Below, piece after piece: positions 1 through 12,678 of a stretch of 64,000 nucleotides of DNA. The translations under genes were made by a program, and so were the position numbers. Numbering within the stretch: position 1 is the first letter of the stretch; each line of letters starts with the position of its first letter. The stretch is taken from positions 20,026,001 to 20,090,000 of the forward strand of contig NC_043024.1 in assembly GCF_006345805.1 (NCBI RefSeq), written 5' to 3'. Below the pieces are notes generated by a model. The model worked only from the letters and a program-made list of their open reading frames with translations. It did no database searches and had not been told where the DNA came from. Source of the stretch: Octopus sinensis (Eukaryota).

Positions 1-127
1 GTACCTTTCTGTAGAAGAGCATAGGCTCGAAACGTAAAAGACTTTTTCTGTTCCTGAGCATTATGCTAATACATCTGTTTGTTTTGTACACCACCTGTCA
101 TCGTCTTTTGTTTTTTTGGTAAACTTT

Positions 128-130
<3 letters not shown>
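1..130 (+). mobile_element. Short Penelope-like (pLTR-type) element, family P1, with hammerhead-like fold; truncated by window start
   Basis: cttt-CTGTAGA-a-GAGC(atag)GCTC-GAAAC-GTA-aaag at 5-40; similar to copies at 25.9, 35.8 and 36.0 kb; ends in a (TA)n tract. Confidence 0.6.
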
Positions 131-160
<30 letters not shown>

Positions 161-163
<3 letters not shown>

Positions 164-537
164 CTCTTTTACTCTTTTACTCTTTTTCTTGTTTCAGTCA
201 TTTGACTGCGGCCATGCCTGAGCACCACCTTTTAGTACTTATTCTATCGGTCTTTTTTTGCCGAACCGCTAAGTGACGGGGACCTAAACACACCAGCATC
301 GGTTGTCAAGCAATGCTAGGGGGACAAAACACAGACACAAACATATACACACACACACTACATTATAATATATACATATATACGACAGGCTTCTTTCAGT
401 TTCCGTCTACCAAATCACACTACAAGGATTGGTCGGCCCGGGGCTATAGCAGAAGACACTTGCCAAGATGCCACGCAGTGGGACTGAACCCGCAACCGTG
501 TGGTTGGTTAGCAAGCTACTTACCACACAGCCACTCC
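161..537 (-). mobile_element. tRNA-derived CORE-like SINE, family A
   Basis: On the minus strand: A-box-like GGAGTGGCTGTGTGG, B-box-like GGTTCAGTCCC, CORE-like TTGGCAAGTGTCTTCT segment, internal TA/CA tract, and a CAGTCAAATGACTG hairpin followed by a (GAGTAAAA)n tail. Confidence 0.85.
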
Positions 538-567
538 TTTATATATATATAAATCTCTATATGTATA

Positions 568-798
568 TATTTCTTTACTGCCCACAAGGGGCTAAACATA
601 GAGGGGACAAACAAGGATAGACAAACGGATTAAGTCGATTACGTCGACTCCAGTGCGTAACTGGTACTTTATTTATCGATCCCGAAAGGATGAAAGGCAA
701 AGTCGACCTTGGCGGAATTTGAGCTCAGAACGTAACGGCAGACAAAATACGGCTAAGCGTTTCGCCCGGCGTGCTAACGTTTCTGCCAGCTTACCGCC
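568..798 (-). mobile_element. tRNA-derived SINE, family B
   Basis: GGCGG..AGCTGGCAGAAACGTTAGC head, B-box-like segment, GTCGACTTTGCCTTTCATCCTTTCGGG body and TTTAGCCCCTTGTGGG..TAAAGAAATA tail; more than 10 similar copies in the window. Confidence 0.85.
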
Positions 799-1538
799 TT
801 CACCTATATAAATGTATATATATATATGTGTATGTGGCGTGTTTCTAATGCTTTGCACTTTAAAATTTCCCTCCTCATTGACTTATTCAGTATCTAAAGA
901 TCATAAGTAAGGGAAACTAAATTTAATCAAATCGTGAAGAGCAAGGATCGAACTATAAAACATGTGCTTATCAAGCAAACATACTCTTGTTTTATGCCGT
1001 TAGTTATTCCATATATTATTTCTGTCATATTTTTGTGGTTTATACTGAACAAAAATGTTGCCAGTTTTTTTGTAGTTTTCTATAGCGTATTTTCGCAGCC
1101 TTTTCTTTGTTATCTGTTCAACGCTGTGAGTTGTTTAGTTCTACTTCGTGTGATACTAGTGTACTTTGCCTGAGGTAATTTCTTCTATTTATCAGACAGC
1201 TTATTTCAGATGCGCAATTGATATTGTTTTATTTATGGTGTCTTGTGGGATATGTTTTTTTGATGCTTCTATGATTGTTGTGTGAAATGTATGCATTGTC
1301 ACATCTTCGATTGTGTTTTGATATTGTGAAATTCTAAAACCATAAATGTGTTTCGTCTATGCTAAAAAACGTTCCGTTTGGCTGGTTTGAAAATTATAAT
1401 TTTGTTCTTATTTATTCATTGATGTGTGAAGTTAAGTTTTGGATTTATAAATAACATCAGTGGCACAGTTGTGTGTTTAGGTCCTGATAGCCAATTTGTT
1501 CTGGAAGCAGAAGGTGATGTCTGCGTAAGATATGTAAT

Positions 1539-1951
1539 AATCAGGTATTTGTTGTTTATGCAACCTGAGTCGCTTCATTTGATTCTCTCCTGTGTGGCCG
1601 ATATAATTTTTTTAAGGTTCTTGTCATATATTGCAGTAAATATATATAATTTCTTTTGCAATTCTTATTTGCATTAGAGAATAATCCTCGCTGCAAGGCC
1701 TCTGACATAGCAGAACACGTCGATGTCAGTTCTAAAACAGCTACCCGGTATCTCTACAAACTTGTTTACTGTGACAGAGCAGGAAGAAGGAAGCCACCTC
1801 CGTGACCAGCCAATCAGGTATGTGTTGTTTATGCAACCTGAGTCGCTTCATTTGATTCTCTCCTGTGTGGCCGATATAACTTTTTTAAGGTTCTTGTCAT
1901 ATACTGCAGTAAATATATATAATCTCTTTTGCAATTCTTGTTTGCATTAGA
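1539..1951 (+). repeat. 140-bp direct duplication enclosing a 134-bp Tc1-derived insert
   Basis: 1539-1678 and 1812-1951 differ at 5 positions; 1681-1814 matches 4121-4254 with 1 substitution. Confidence 0.9.
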
Positions 1952-2145
1952 ATTATATTATTTTGTATATTTTAATTTTACTCTCTTCAGTCAACGTTGA
2001 TGTCTTGCATTGCACTCAATTTCTTCAAATTTTGCTACCAGCATCATGTCTACTTCCTGTGTGAATTACACTCTTAATAAAAATCTTTAAGATTAAAAGA
2101 TTGCGATCGGCACTTTTAACTTTGTGACAGTATTATTAAGCAATA

Positions 2146-2950
2146 ATAAATCTCTGAACGAGGTATAAACAGTAGCTGCAACACATCGTGAAATATTTTT
2201 GCCACTTAAATGTGGCTAACCCCTAAGGGCAGAAGCTACTGTAGCTTGTAGCTCCAGGAGGACACCTCCTCCAGCTGGCTATTTATTATTGCTTGTTTAC
2301 ACTTTTTCGATATTAGTGAATTTTCGTCACGGGAAAAAAGATATATATTTGCAAAGGAAGGCCTATTTTTCATCGACAACTTGTGATTGTCACACGCTGA
2401 TGACGGGTCAATACTCAGAAACTCGAGTCCGTGTGTATCACAGGTTGAAGACGGGAAAGATGGCTTCCTTTGCAAATACTGATAGGGCACAGAAAGTGTG
2501 TCTATAGCCATCTGGAGGAGGTGTCCTCCTGGGGCTACAAGCTACAGTAGCATCCGCTCTTGGGGGTTAGCTATATTTAAATGGCAAATATACTTCACGA
2601 TGTTTTGCAGCTACTGTTTATACCTCGCTCGGAGATTTATTCTTGCTTGTTTACACTTTTTTGATATCAGTGTCTTTACGTCACTGGAAAAAGGATATAT
2701 ATTTGCAGAGGAAAGCCTACTTTTCATCGACAGCCATGATTGTCATACGCTGGTGACGGTCATTACCCAGAAACTCGAGTCCGTGTGTATCATAGGTTGA
2801 AGATGAGAAGGATGGCTTCCATTTGCAAATAGCAAATACTGATAGGGAACAGAAAGTGTGTTAATAGCCAGCTGAAGGAGGTCTCCTCCTGGGGCTACAA
2901 GCTACAGTAGCATCCACCCTTAGGGGTTAGCCACATTTAAGTGGCAAAAA
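2146..2950. mobile_element. Foldback/MITE-like element with 137-bp inverted arms and a tandemly duplicated core
   Basis: 2146-2282 is an imperfect inverted repeat of 2504-2640. The core 2283-2503 is repeated at 2641-2863, and a second right arm lies at 2864-2950. Confidence 0.75.
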
Positions 2951-3297
2951 AGGACAGTGTTATTATTTTCCATGAATTTACCGTCTCCTGTACAATAATA
3001 AGTTACATTTGACCAAATGCAAGATATTTTTTGCTTAGGTTTTGAGTTACTACAAATGGAATATGTCTGAGTCTGTTTCCATACTGTAAAAAATGCTCCG
3101 TCGCTTATCGACTGCGATTTTTTCTGCGTTTTTTATGGTATCATCTGTCACGGATAATTTTGAATAATTTTAGTTCTCTTACTTGTTTTCGTTGTATGGC
3201 GCATTACAGATCAAGTCCACATGTAGACCGTACCATATGCAATTGAATATTTCCTTTTGGAAGTATTGGATGGGGATACCTAAATTAAAAATCACTA

Positions 3298-3703
3298 GGC
3301 GCAGGAGTAGTTCTGTGGTAAGTAGCTTGCTTATAAACAACATGGTTCCAGGTTCAGTCCCACTGCGTGGCACCTTGGGCAAGTGTCTTCTACTATAGAC
3401 CCGGGCCGACCAAAACCTTGTGAGTGGATTTGATGGACGGAAACTGAAAAAAGCCAGTCGCATATGTATGTATATATATATATATATGTGTGTTTGTGTG
3501 TCTGTGTTTGTCCCCTCACCATCACCTGACAACCGATGCTGGTGTGTTTACGTCCCCGTAACTTAGCGGTTCGGTAAAAAGAGATCGATATAATAAGTAC
3601 TAGGCTTACAAGGAATAAGTCTCGGGGTCGACTCCTTCGACTAAAGACGGTGCCGAAGCATACTCGCAGTCATATGACTGAAACAAGTAAAAGCGTAAAA
3701 GAG
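3298..3703 (+). mobile_element. SINE family A
   Basis: Full head, CORE-like segment and tail, similar to 17648-18073. Confidence 0.85.
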
Positions 3704-3704
3704 G

Positions 3705-3746
<42 letters not shown>

Positions 3747-3779
3747 ATACAGCATGCATACATACTAATAAGACTTACA

Positions 3780-4750
3780 CAGACAGGGACATGACAGAAG
3801 TAAATAGACACCCCATAAAACATCGTTTATGTTTAATTCTAACTTCCAAAATTTTATATCTTTTTATAATTTGACATTTTTATGTTTCAGGTGCTATATA
3901 TGACTATTTAGTCATGCCATATACAAAAGAAGCCTTGGAACTGTCTGAATTTCAAAGAGGCCGTATTGCGGGTCAATCCGAAGTTGGACATAGCGTAAAA
4001 TCGCAGAATCCCACATTCTACAATTAATAAAGTGATTGTACAATTCACCAAAGAGGGAAAGGAGTCCATGTCAGGACCTTTCTGACAGGGCCTTTCTCTT
4101 TGTTAAGAGAAGTGTAGAGGATAATCCTCGCTGCAAGGCCTCTGACATAGCAGAACACGTCGATGTCAGTTCCAAAACAGCTACCCGGTATCTCTACAAA
4201 CTTGTTTACTGTGACAGAGCAGGAAGAAGGAAGCCACCTCCGTGACCAGCCAATTACAAGCGGAGAAATATTGGGCTAGTGAGATGGTAGAGAAGCCAAC
4301 AGAATTTTGGGACACTGTCAAATCCTCCAATGAGTCCAGTTTTGCTGTATTTTCTGACAGTCGCTGAGCATGGGTTGGGGAGAATCTGTGATCAAGAATT
4401 TGACGTGAAATGATTCCAGCCAACATTGAAACATGGCAGCAATTCTGTGATGAACTGAAGAGCAATTTGGTGCAATGGTCAATCAGAGCTGGTGGAATGT
4501 AAGGGAGACAAACTCAGATAAATATATGTCTATATTGCAGAAAGGACTCCTTCCAATCTTCTCCAGTGGTGCAATGATTAAAGAAAGTTCTTTATTTATG
4601 GAAGATGGGGTTCATTGTCACATAGCTAAAATGACCCAAGATTTGTTGGATGAGAATGGCATTAAAAAACTTTTATGGCCAAGCCAGTCACCAGATGTGA
4701 AACCTATTCAACACCTCTGGGGCATAATGGACAGGACACTTCATAAATAG
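3780..4750 (+). mobile_element. Decayed Tc1-like DNA transposon (transposase pseudogene from ATG 3914)
   Basis: ELSEFQRGRIAG HTH start, FMEDGVHCH and WPSQSPDVKPIQHLW motifs; D34(E>Q) spacing; stops and frameshifts; ends not resolved. Confidence 0.85.
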
Positions 4751-4880
4751 AACAAGAAGCCAGTCTGTGTTTATTATTGACATCGTGACCGTCTTCAGAT
4801 ACAAGAAATATTTTAAGGTGTCGCAGTTTCTAAACAGATTTGACGATTTAAACATAAAACTGGAAGTACTTACTAGTCAC

Positions 4881-5113
4881 ATACCTATTTCTTTACTACT
4901 CACAAGGGGCTAAACACAGAGGCGACAAACAAGGACACACAAAGGGATTAAGTCGATTACATCAACTCCAGTGCGTAACTGGTACTTAATTTATCGACCC
5001 CGAAAGGATGAAAGGCAAAGTCGACCTCGGCGGAATTTGAACTCAGAACGTAACGGCAAACGAAATACGGCTACGCATTTCGCCCGGCGTGCTAAGGTTT
5101 CTGCCAGCTCGCC
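4881..5113 (-). mobile_element. SINE family B with 10-bp TSD
   Basis: Full-length copy flanked by TACTAGTCAC at 4871-4880 and 5114-5123. Confidence 0.9.
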
Positions 5114-5599
5114 TACTAGTCACCTATACTGGAATGAACAGGACTGTTTATCCAGTTCCAGGATGGAATTTGAACGATTTACACGGATATAATTCCTAAC
5201 TTTCTGTAAATGTCTAACTTGTGTAGCCATTTTTTGTATATCTGGAATTGTTTTTTTACCATTAATAAAAGCGTTCTGGTTGAAGAACCATCCAACTGAA
5301 TACGCCTACACATATGTCGAACTAACATTACCATAGAGGTGTTTTTACTACCCAGGTTATCTTAGAACCACATTAAACACCCACCAGAAATGTTTCTCAC
5401 CTGAAAATCTATCTTCTGGCACTGTCTCCAGGGCCATCGGTTTCCTACAATAAGCATCACCGTCGTAAATGAATCGCGGCTACTCACCTACGTCAATCTC
5501 ACAGCAAATACAGAACATGAAAAGATTATTGGAACTGCCACGTCTCCGCCCCCGCCTGCTACAGTGGTAAGAGCGAAATATATGTTTATATATATATAT

Positions 5600-5648
<49 letters not shown>

Positions 5649-6696
5649 AGTATAAAAGCGTTGAAATACGCAGATACATGAATGCTTTTATATATGTACA
5701 TATATATATATATATATATGCATATATAAGTGTTTCTATACGACTATATCTATATTTATACATGCATACACACAGATACACTCACATACACACACACACA
5801 CACTTATATATATATATTCACACTGATATATACAGAGAGCGATAGAGAAAGAGAGCGAGAGAGAGAGAGAGAAAGAGGGAGAAAGAGAGGGAGAGGAACG
5901 CAGATACATATATATATATATACATACATACATATATATACATACATACATACATACATACATACTTACATACATACATATATATGCACACAGGCTCACA
6001 CAAATGTGTATGTGTCTGTAAGCGCTTCTGGTAGTGGTTATATATTATTATGTATACGGGAGTGCGAGTAAGGGTATGTATAAAGGTGACAGATACAAAG
6101 AGAAAGAGATACAGAGACGGAGTGACAGAAGCATTGAGAGCGAACACGCAACAGAGCTGGAGAGAGAGAGAAAGGGGACAGAGAGAGAGAGACAGAGAGA
6201 CAGAGGGAGAGACAGAGGGAGAGACAGAGAGAGAAAAAGAAAAAAGAGAAAAAGAAGGTGACGCTGCTATGTTTGCGAGGGTAAGTTCGTGTGCCTCTGT
6301 CTGTTATTGTATTTACAAAGAGAAAATCCGGCTGACAATTCTTCAAACAAAGGTCAAGTGTCGAAATATCACTAAGGATGCTTTGAAATTCTTTTGGCGG
6401 AGAGGGAACAGTGCTACGTCTAAAAATGTCATCGATCAATTTGAATTTGATTTATTTTTTATTTTGTGTAAATACAATTCTCGTTTTGAATATATTATCG
6501 ATTGATAAATTTATTATCACGAGACAATTATATTTCTAGATTTTTGTTCGATTTTGTGTTGTATATTTTTTTTTAGTTTCTATTTTTTGTTTCAATTTTT
6601 TTTCAGTTTATTTTGTGAATTCGTCTTTCGTTGTTCATAGTTAAATTGCTTTAAATATTTTTGCTATAAGTTATATTAACTATGTGCAAGTATATG

Positions 6697-6727
<31 letters not shown>

Positions 6728-7223
6728 TAACATATGAAGACACCCACACATATATATACATATACGTATATATATATATAAGCATACATATATACATATA
6801 TATACTTATATGTACGTACGTATAGACGACAACGATAGACAGACAAAACGGCAAATACATAGAACTCATATACATACATACATTCATACATACAGACATA
6901 CATACATACATACATACATACATACATTCATAGACAAAGATTGATTGACAAATACCACAGTCATCTCACGGTAGCGATAGATCGTCGAATAAAGTGATTT
7001 CCGATAAAAAAAATGTATTCCTGATATCGACGATCAACGTTCAAATTCCACTTCGTTCAAGTTAACCTTTTACATATTGGCAAGCGATAATCAAAGCGTG
7101 AGATCAGCAAATGTTTCTTCCGGCTCTCGAACCACTAAGGAATTTTAGGACAGGGCTTGGTGTTTCAAGAACGGATTTCTGTCTCTTTGTGTTTTCATGG
7201 CAGTTCAAAACACGAGTTAAATG

Positions 7224-9090
7224 TACGGGCATGTGGAAAAAAATGGAGTCCTACCACATGAGCTGAAAGGGCTGCAAGCGTAAGTGCTGAGTTACTAAGG
7301 ATAAACTCCTGGTTGACAAAAAACTGTATATAGAGACTGCCAGAGGAGGAAAGCTAACTTGGCCATGTCATTGATCGATTATCGTACAGCATACGATATC
7401 ATCCTACATCCTTGGATTATGGAGTGTATGAACCTAATTGCTATAGCATCGAATGTTGAGCGATTGTTTGGAAAAAAGAATATGACAAAGTGGAGGACGG
7501 AACCGATAACATGTGGAAAAAGTTTAGGAACAATAGAAATCAGGAGAGGCATCTTCCACTGCCTGTTCCCGCTGATCTTTGTACTGTGCATGATACGACT
7601 AACACTGATTCTGGGGAAAGTAAAAGCTGGGTATGTGTTCAAAAGCCGCCACCAAGAATTCAACCACTTCTTATTCATGGATGACCTCAAACTTTATGGT
7701 AAAGATGAATTTGAATTTAGCTCGTTAATACGGTGTATACTTTCAATACTGATATCAGAATATAGTTCGGACTGAAAATGTTTGATGTCTTAGTCTTGAA
7801 GAGAGGCAAAATCAAATGTATGGACGGGAGGATATGAAGCAGAAAGAAGAGAGGGACTATAAATATTTGGGGATATTGGAAATGGATAAATTGATGGAGG
7901 AACAAATGGCAGAAAAATTTAAGGTGGAGTATTTGCGCAAACTGAGACTGATCCTTAAGTCGAAATTAAACGGACGGAATAAGATTGAAGCTATCAACAC
8001 CTGGGCAGTTTCACTACTTAGATATGAAGCAGGGGTAAACACATGGACAGTAGACAAAATTAAATAGCGTAGACAGAAAGACATTAAAATTGCTGACTAT
8101 GTATGGAATACTCCACCCAAAACGTGACAGAGACAGACTATGTACCACGAAAAATTTGGGGAAGAGCAATGATTGGATGCGAACCCAGCATTAGATCAGA
8201 AGAAATCAAAAATGCCACAGAACCACCATTATTGGAAGGAAGAAGGTCAGGCTTTTGTAGGATGGAAGATTGCAAAAATAAAGCACTGTAAAGAACTTGA
8301 GAATGAACGAAATTTAAAATAGGTGGATAAAGAAAAGAATGCATGGACAATTTCATAGGGATGTTGAAGATAAGTCAGACAGAGAAAAAAGATGTCGACT
8401 GATGATAAAAAGTGATTTTAAACCGTAAACGGAGGCTCTAATCTAAGCTGCCCGAGAGCAAGCATTAAGAACCAATTACATTAAATACAGAATTCAAACG
8501 ACATCAGAAAGTGATAAATGCAGAATTTGTGGCTTATTACCAGTCAATGTACGCCATTATTCCAGAACAAATATAAGAGACGTCATGACAATATAGCCAT
8601 GATTGTCTGTTGGATGCTTTGCGACAATTATGGACTTGATAGTGCAATAAAGTGGTAGGAATATAAACCCGAAGGCACAATCGAAAATAGAAATGCAAAG
8701 ATCCTGTGGGATTTCATGATTCAGTGCGACCATTAGATAGAGAATAGGAAGCCAGGTCAAGTGTTAATTGAGAAAGAAAGCAAACTATGCTGGATCATAG
8801 ATATAACACGCCCAGCTGACAAAGAAGAAGGAAATGGCGATAGATATGACAAGTTGTCTTGGGAGATTAAGCAGTAACATTAATTGTCAGAGCCCTGGGA
8901 ACTGTGAGTAAAATTTTGAGAGGTTCATGGAACAAATAGGGGCTGCAATAAGGGTGGAGCACTTGCATAAAACAGTACTGCTTGAAACCACACGAATACT
9001 CCGGATAGTAATAAAAAAATAAAGGGTGTTACCTTGGTTCACTGGTAGTGAACAAATGACACAATAGTGCATTAAAAATAAAGAAAAAAA
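7224..9090 (+). mobile_element. 5'-truncated, decayed R4/Dong-type non-LTR retrotransposon (RT plus restriction-like endonuclease)
   Basis: Motifs IDYRTAYD, IEIRRGIF, HFLFMDDLKLY, GRNKIEAINTWAVSLLRY; CRICG zinc-knuckle remnant; KILWDFMIQCD; CWIIDI; followed by AATAATAAT. Confidence 0.9.
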
Positions 9091-9107
9091 CAATAATAAT
9101 AATAATA

Positions 9108-9316
9108 CTTTCCAATACAGGTACAAGGTCTGAAATTTTAGGGGACTGGACAAGTTGATTACATCAATCCCTATGTTCACTGGTGCTTTATTTCTCGGCC
9201 CGAAAGGATGAGAGGCGAAGTCAATCTCGGCAGAAATTGAACTCAGAATGTAGCGACGTGTGAAATACCGGCAAGCATTTCGCCCGGCGTATTAATTATT
9301 CTATCAGCTCGCTGAA
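9108..9316 (-). mobile_element. Diverged SINE family B variant
   Basis: CCCGAAAGGATGAGAGGCGAAGTC and TTGAACTCAGAA segments. Confidence 0.7.
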
Positions 9317-9318
9317 TT

Positions 9319-9343
9319 CATAATAATAATAATAATAATAATA

Positions 9344-9394
<51 letters not shown>

Positions 9395-9420
9395 TAATAA
9401 TAATGATAATAATAATAATG

Positions 9421-9451
<31 letters not shown>

Positions 9452-9532
9452 CAATAATGATAATAATAACAGTAATAATACCAATAATATAATAATGATA
9501 ACAATAATGATAATAATAATAATAATAATAAT

Positions 9533-9615
<83 letters not shown>

Positions 9616-9719
9616 TAATAATAGCAATTATAATAATAATAATAATAATGAATAATAATAATAATAATATAATAATAATAATAATAATAATAATGATAAT
9701 AATAATAATAATAATGATG

Positions 9720-9756
<37 letters not shown>

Positions 9757-9895
9757 TAATAATAATAATAATATAATAATATAATAATAATAATAATAAT
9801 AATAATATAATAATATATAATAATATTAATACTATAATAATAATATAATAATAATATATAATAATAATAATAATAACAACAACAATTGTAATAAT
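9319..9895. repeat. Imperfect (TAA)n microsatellite
   Basis: Direct inspection. Confidence 0.95.
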
Positions 9896-10232
9896 ATATA
9901 TATGTATATATAAAGCATAAATTTTACATCTTCTATACCCTCGATCATAAAGCATTAAGTGTCTGAACCAAGAGATTGGTTAAAGCAGACGACAATTATC
10001 AACGTTATATATTTATGTATTTATTTGTTTCTCCCGAGCCTGACTTTGTATTTACAGTCTGTATATAAGAAATGGAAGAAAGAGAGCGACAAAGATTTCT
10101 GTTATATTACTTATTGCATACATCAGCGCGGGATAGCTTTCGGTGATTTATCGCATATAAATCTCTCATCGTCTGCTCTTCTCCCTACAACGCTGCCCTC
10201 TCTCTCTGTCTCCTTTCTTCGGATGTATAAAT

Positions 10233-10278
<46 letters not shown>

Positions 10279-10340
10279 TATATATATTTATCTATGTAAT
10301 ATATATATATATGTATATATAAATATATAAATATGTGCAT

Positions 10341-10399
<59 letters not shown>

Positions 10400-10646
10400 T
10401 GCATATATATATAAATATATATATATATTAATATATATATAACATACATATATATATTGTATATATATATATATTATATATTTATATATAAATAAATATA
10501 TGTGTGTGTGTGTCGGTATGGACATAACTATGTGTGTGTTTGTGAGTATGTATCTGTGCTTATGTGTATACAAACTATCTCCTAGTCACAATTATTGTTC
10601 ATTGTTGTTACCTATTGTATTAACGAAATTGCTCTTTTCACATATA

Positions 10647-10683
<37 letters not shown>

Positions 10684-10789
10684 CTCTCTCTTTCTTTCTC
10701 TCTCTCTCATAAATAGATTTATCACTGTATCTACGTCTGTGCCTCTAATTTTCTATCAATCTACCAATTTTTATCCTTTTTATCTATCT

Positions 10790-10868
10790 CTCAATCTATC
10801 TATCTATCTATATCTATATATCTATTTATCTATCTATCTATATCTATCTATCTATCTATCTATATCTA

Positions 10869-10965
<97 letters not shown>

Positions 10966-10982
10966 ATCTATCTATCTATCTA
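10790..10982. repeat. (TCTA)n microsatellite
   Basis: Direct inspection. Confidence 0.95.
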
Positions 10983-11216
10983 ATGTCCCGTCTGTTTTCC
11001 GGTTTCGGTCTTTCGGGCTATCTGTCAGTCTCTCCATTAAACGTCAATCCATCATCTAAGCAACATATACTTTTTTCACATATTTCTATCGTATTTTATT
11101 TTCCTGACAGATTCTTCTTCCCCAGACACCTCTCTCTCTCTCGCTCACGCATTCTCTCTCTCTGAGACTACTATACGTACATAATATACGTATATTGTGT
11201 ATATATATATATATAA

Positions 11217-11254
<38 letters not shown>

Positions 11255-11529
11255 TTGTGTATATATATATATATGTATATATATACATATGTCTGTGTGT
11301 GTGTTTGTTTATAATTAACGTCAAAAGAATTATTCCTCGCTCGCTCGTGTATTTTTAATAACACTTTCTCTCAAACCGTATGACTTAATGATACGGACTA
11401 GTGTCTGTATATGTGTGATATATTTATATACATATACATACATATGTATATATTTATATATATGTATGTATAAACAAATACACTTGTCCATATATTAATA
11501 TACAGATATGTGTATATATATATATATAT

Positions 11530-11565
<36 letters not shown>

Positions 11566-12440
11566 CGTTTATAATTTATATATATATATGTATATATATG
11601 CACATATACATATATACATACACACAGACACACATGTTGATATATAAATATATATACGCTTCTGGTAATACTTATGTCTACCTAAGAAAATAGGTGCCTA
11701 CAACCATTTGTCTTGCTACTTTATCTCTAACTTGAGCTTCAATGAAACCTGTATTATAGAAGAAAGTGTGAGACAATCAACAGGTATTAGCACAAATTAT
11801 GCCATATATTTGCATGTTTATTCAGCTTCAATAAAGTAAACAAGCTTCAGAACTTTTGATCACATATGATCAACAAATATTCAGTAGACGTATGTTCATA
11901 GTTCTTGTGATATACTTCCAGAATATTATTGATGTTAGATTGTAGCTTAAGTCTGGTCATTGTAGCTAAAACGCAATGATAGAAGCTAAAAAGGAATAGC
12001 TAGAGGTAAACCCTACAGCTGTTTCATGCGCTCATGCTCATTTGATTACTACGAATATGAAACATATTGTCACTGAAAGCTGCAGAGATCTGCAGCGACT
12101 GCATCATAATTTTAATCTGATGCCAGTTGGATGGCAGCTGCCACTTCTTGATACACTCACACTTACACGCATACATTTGCATGCATACATATATATATAT
12201 GTAAATATATATGTATATATTTCCTTTTGTTTCTCGTTGATAATTTCATCTTGAGTGCTACGGCCAAGTTACAGCACTGCCGTTAGCATTGTTGCACGGT
12301 CACTACGTGAAATCTCCTCTAATATATGGTATTTAATGAATGAGGTTTGTTTGCTGCGGCTGTCCTCATCTCCTTTCTTTGCGGCGAGGTAGGCCCATCC
12401 GATCTCTTCACAGGAGGAAATCCATTTTTGTATATATTTA

Positions 12441-12652
12441 CAGGTTGGCCCAAAAGTAAGTTTATAGTCATCACGTAGACACCTTAAATTTCTTTTTAAA
12501 TATTTTCTTACATTTAAAATTTTATCTTACAATTAACTAAATTAGCGTAGAATAATGGTTTCATATATTTTTATAATTAAGATCTAAACTGTTAATATAT
12601 AAATGCGAAAGAGATAATTGAATAATTGTAAGCCTACTTTTGGGCCACCCTG
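12441..12652. mobile_element. Tc1/mariner-type MITE, 212 bp
   Basis: TIRs CAGGTTGGCCCAAAAGTAAGTTTA and TAAGCCTACTTTTGGGCCACCCTG; TA on both sides; no coding capacity. Confidence 0.85.
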
Positions 12653-12678
12653 TATATGTGTGTGTATAAATATAGATA

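Noticed and set aside
313-552. Recurring ORFs such as RGYSRRHLPRCHAVGLNP and RPRKDERQSRPRRNLNSER
   Set aside because: They are antisense readings of SINE families A and B.
9296-9955. Long poly-Ile/Tyr/Asn/His ORFs here and at 21-24, 29.5-30.3 and 57.6-58.2 kb, plus YIYI/CVCV ORFs throughout
   Set aside because: They are translations of microsatellites.
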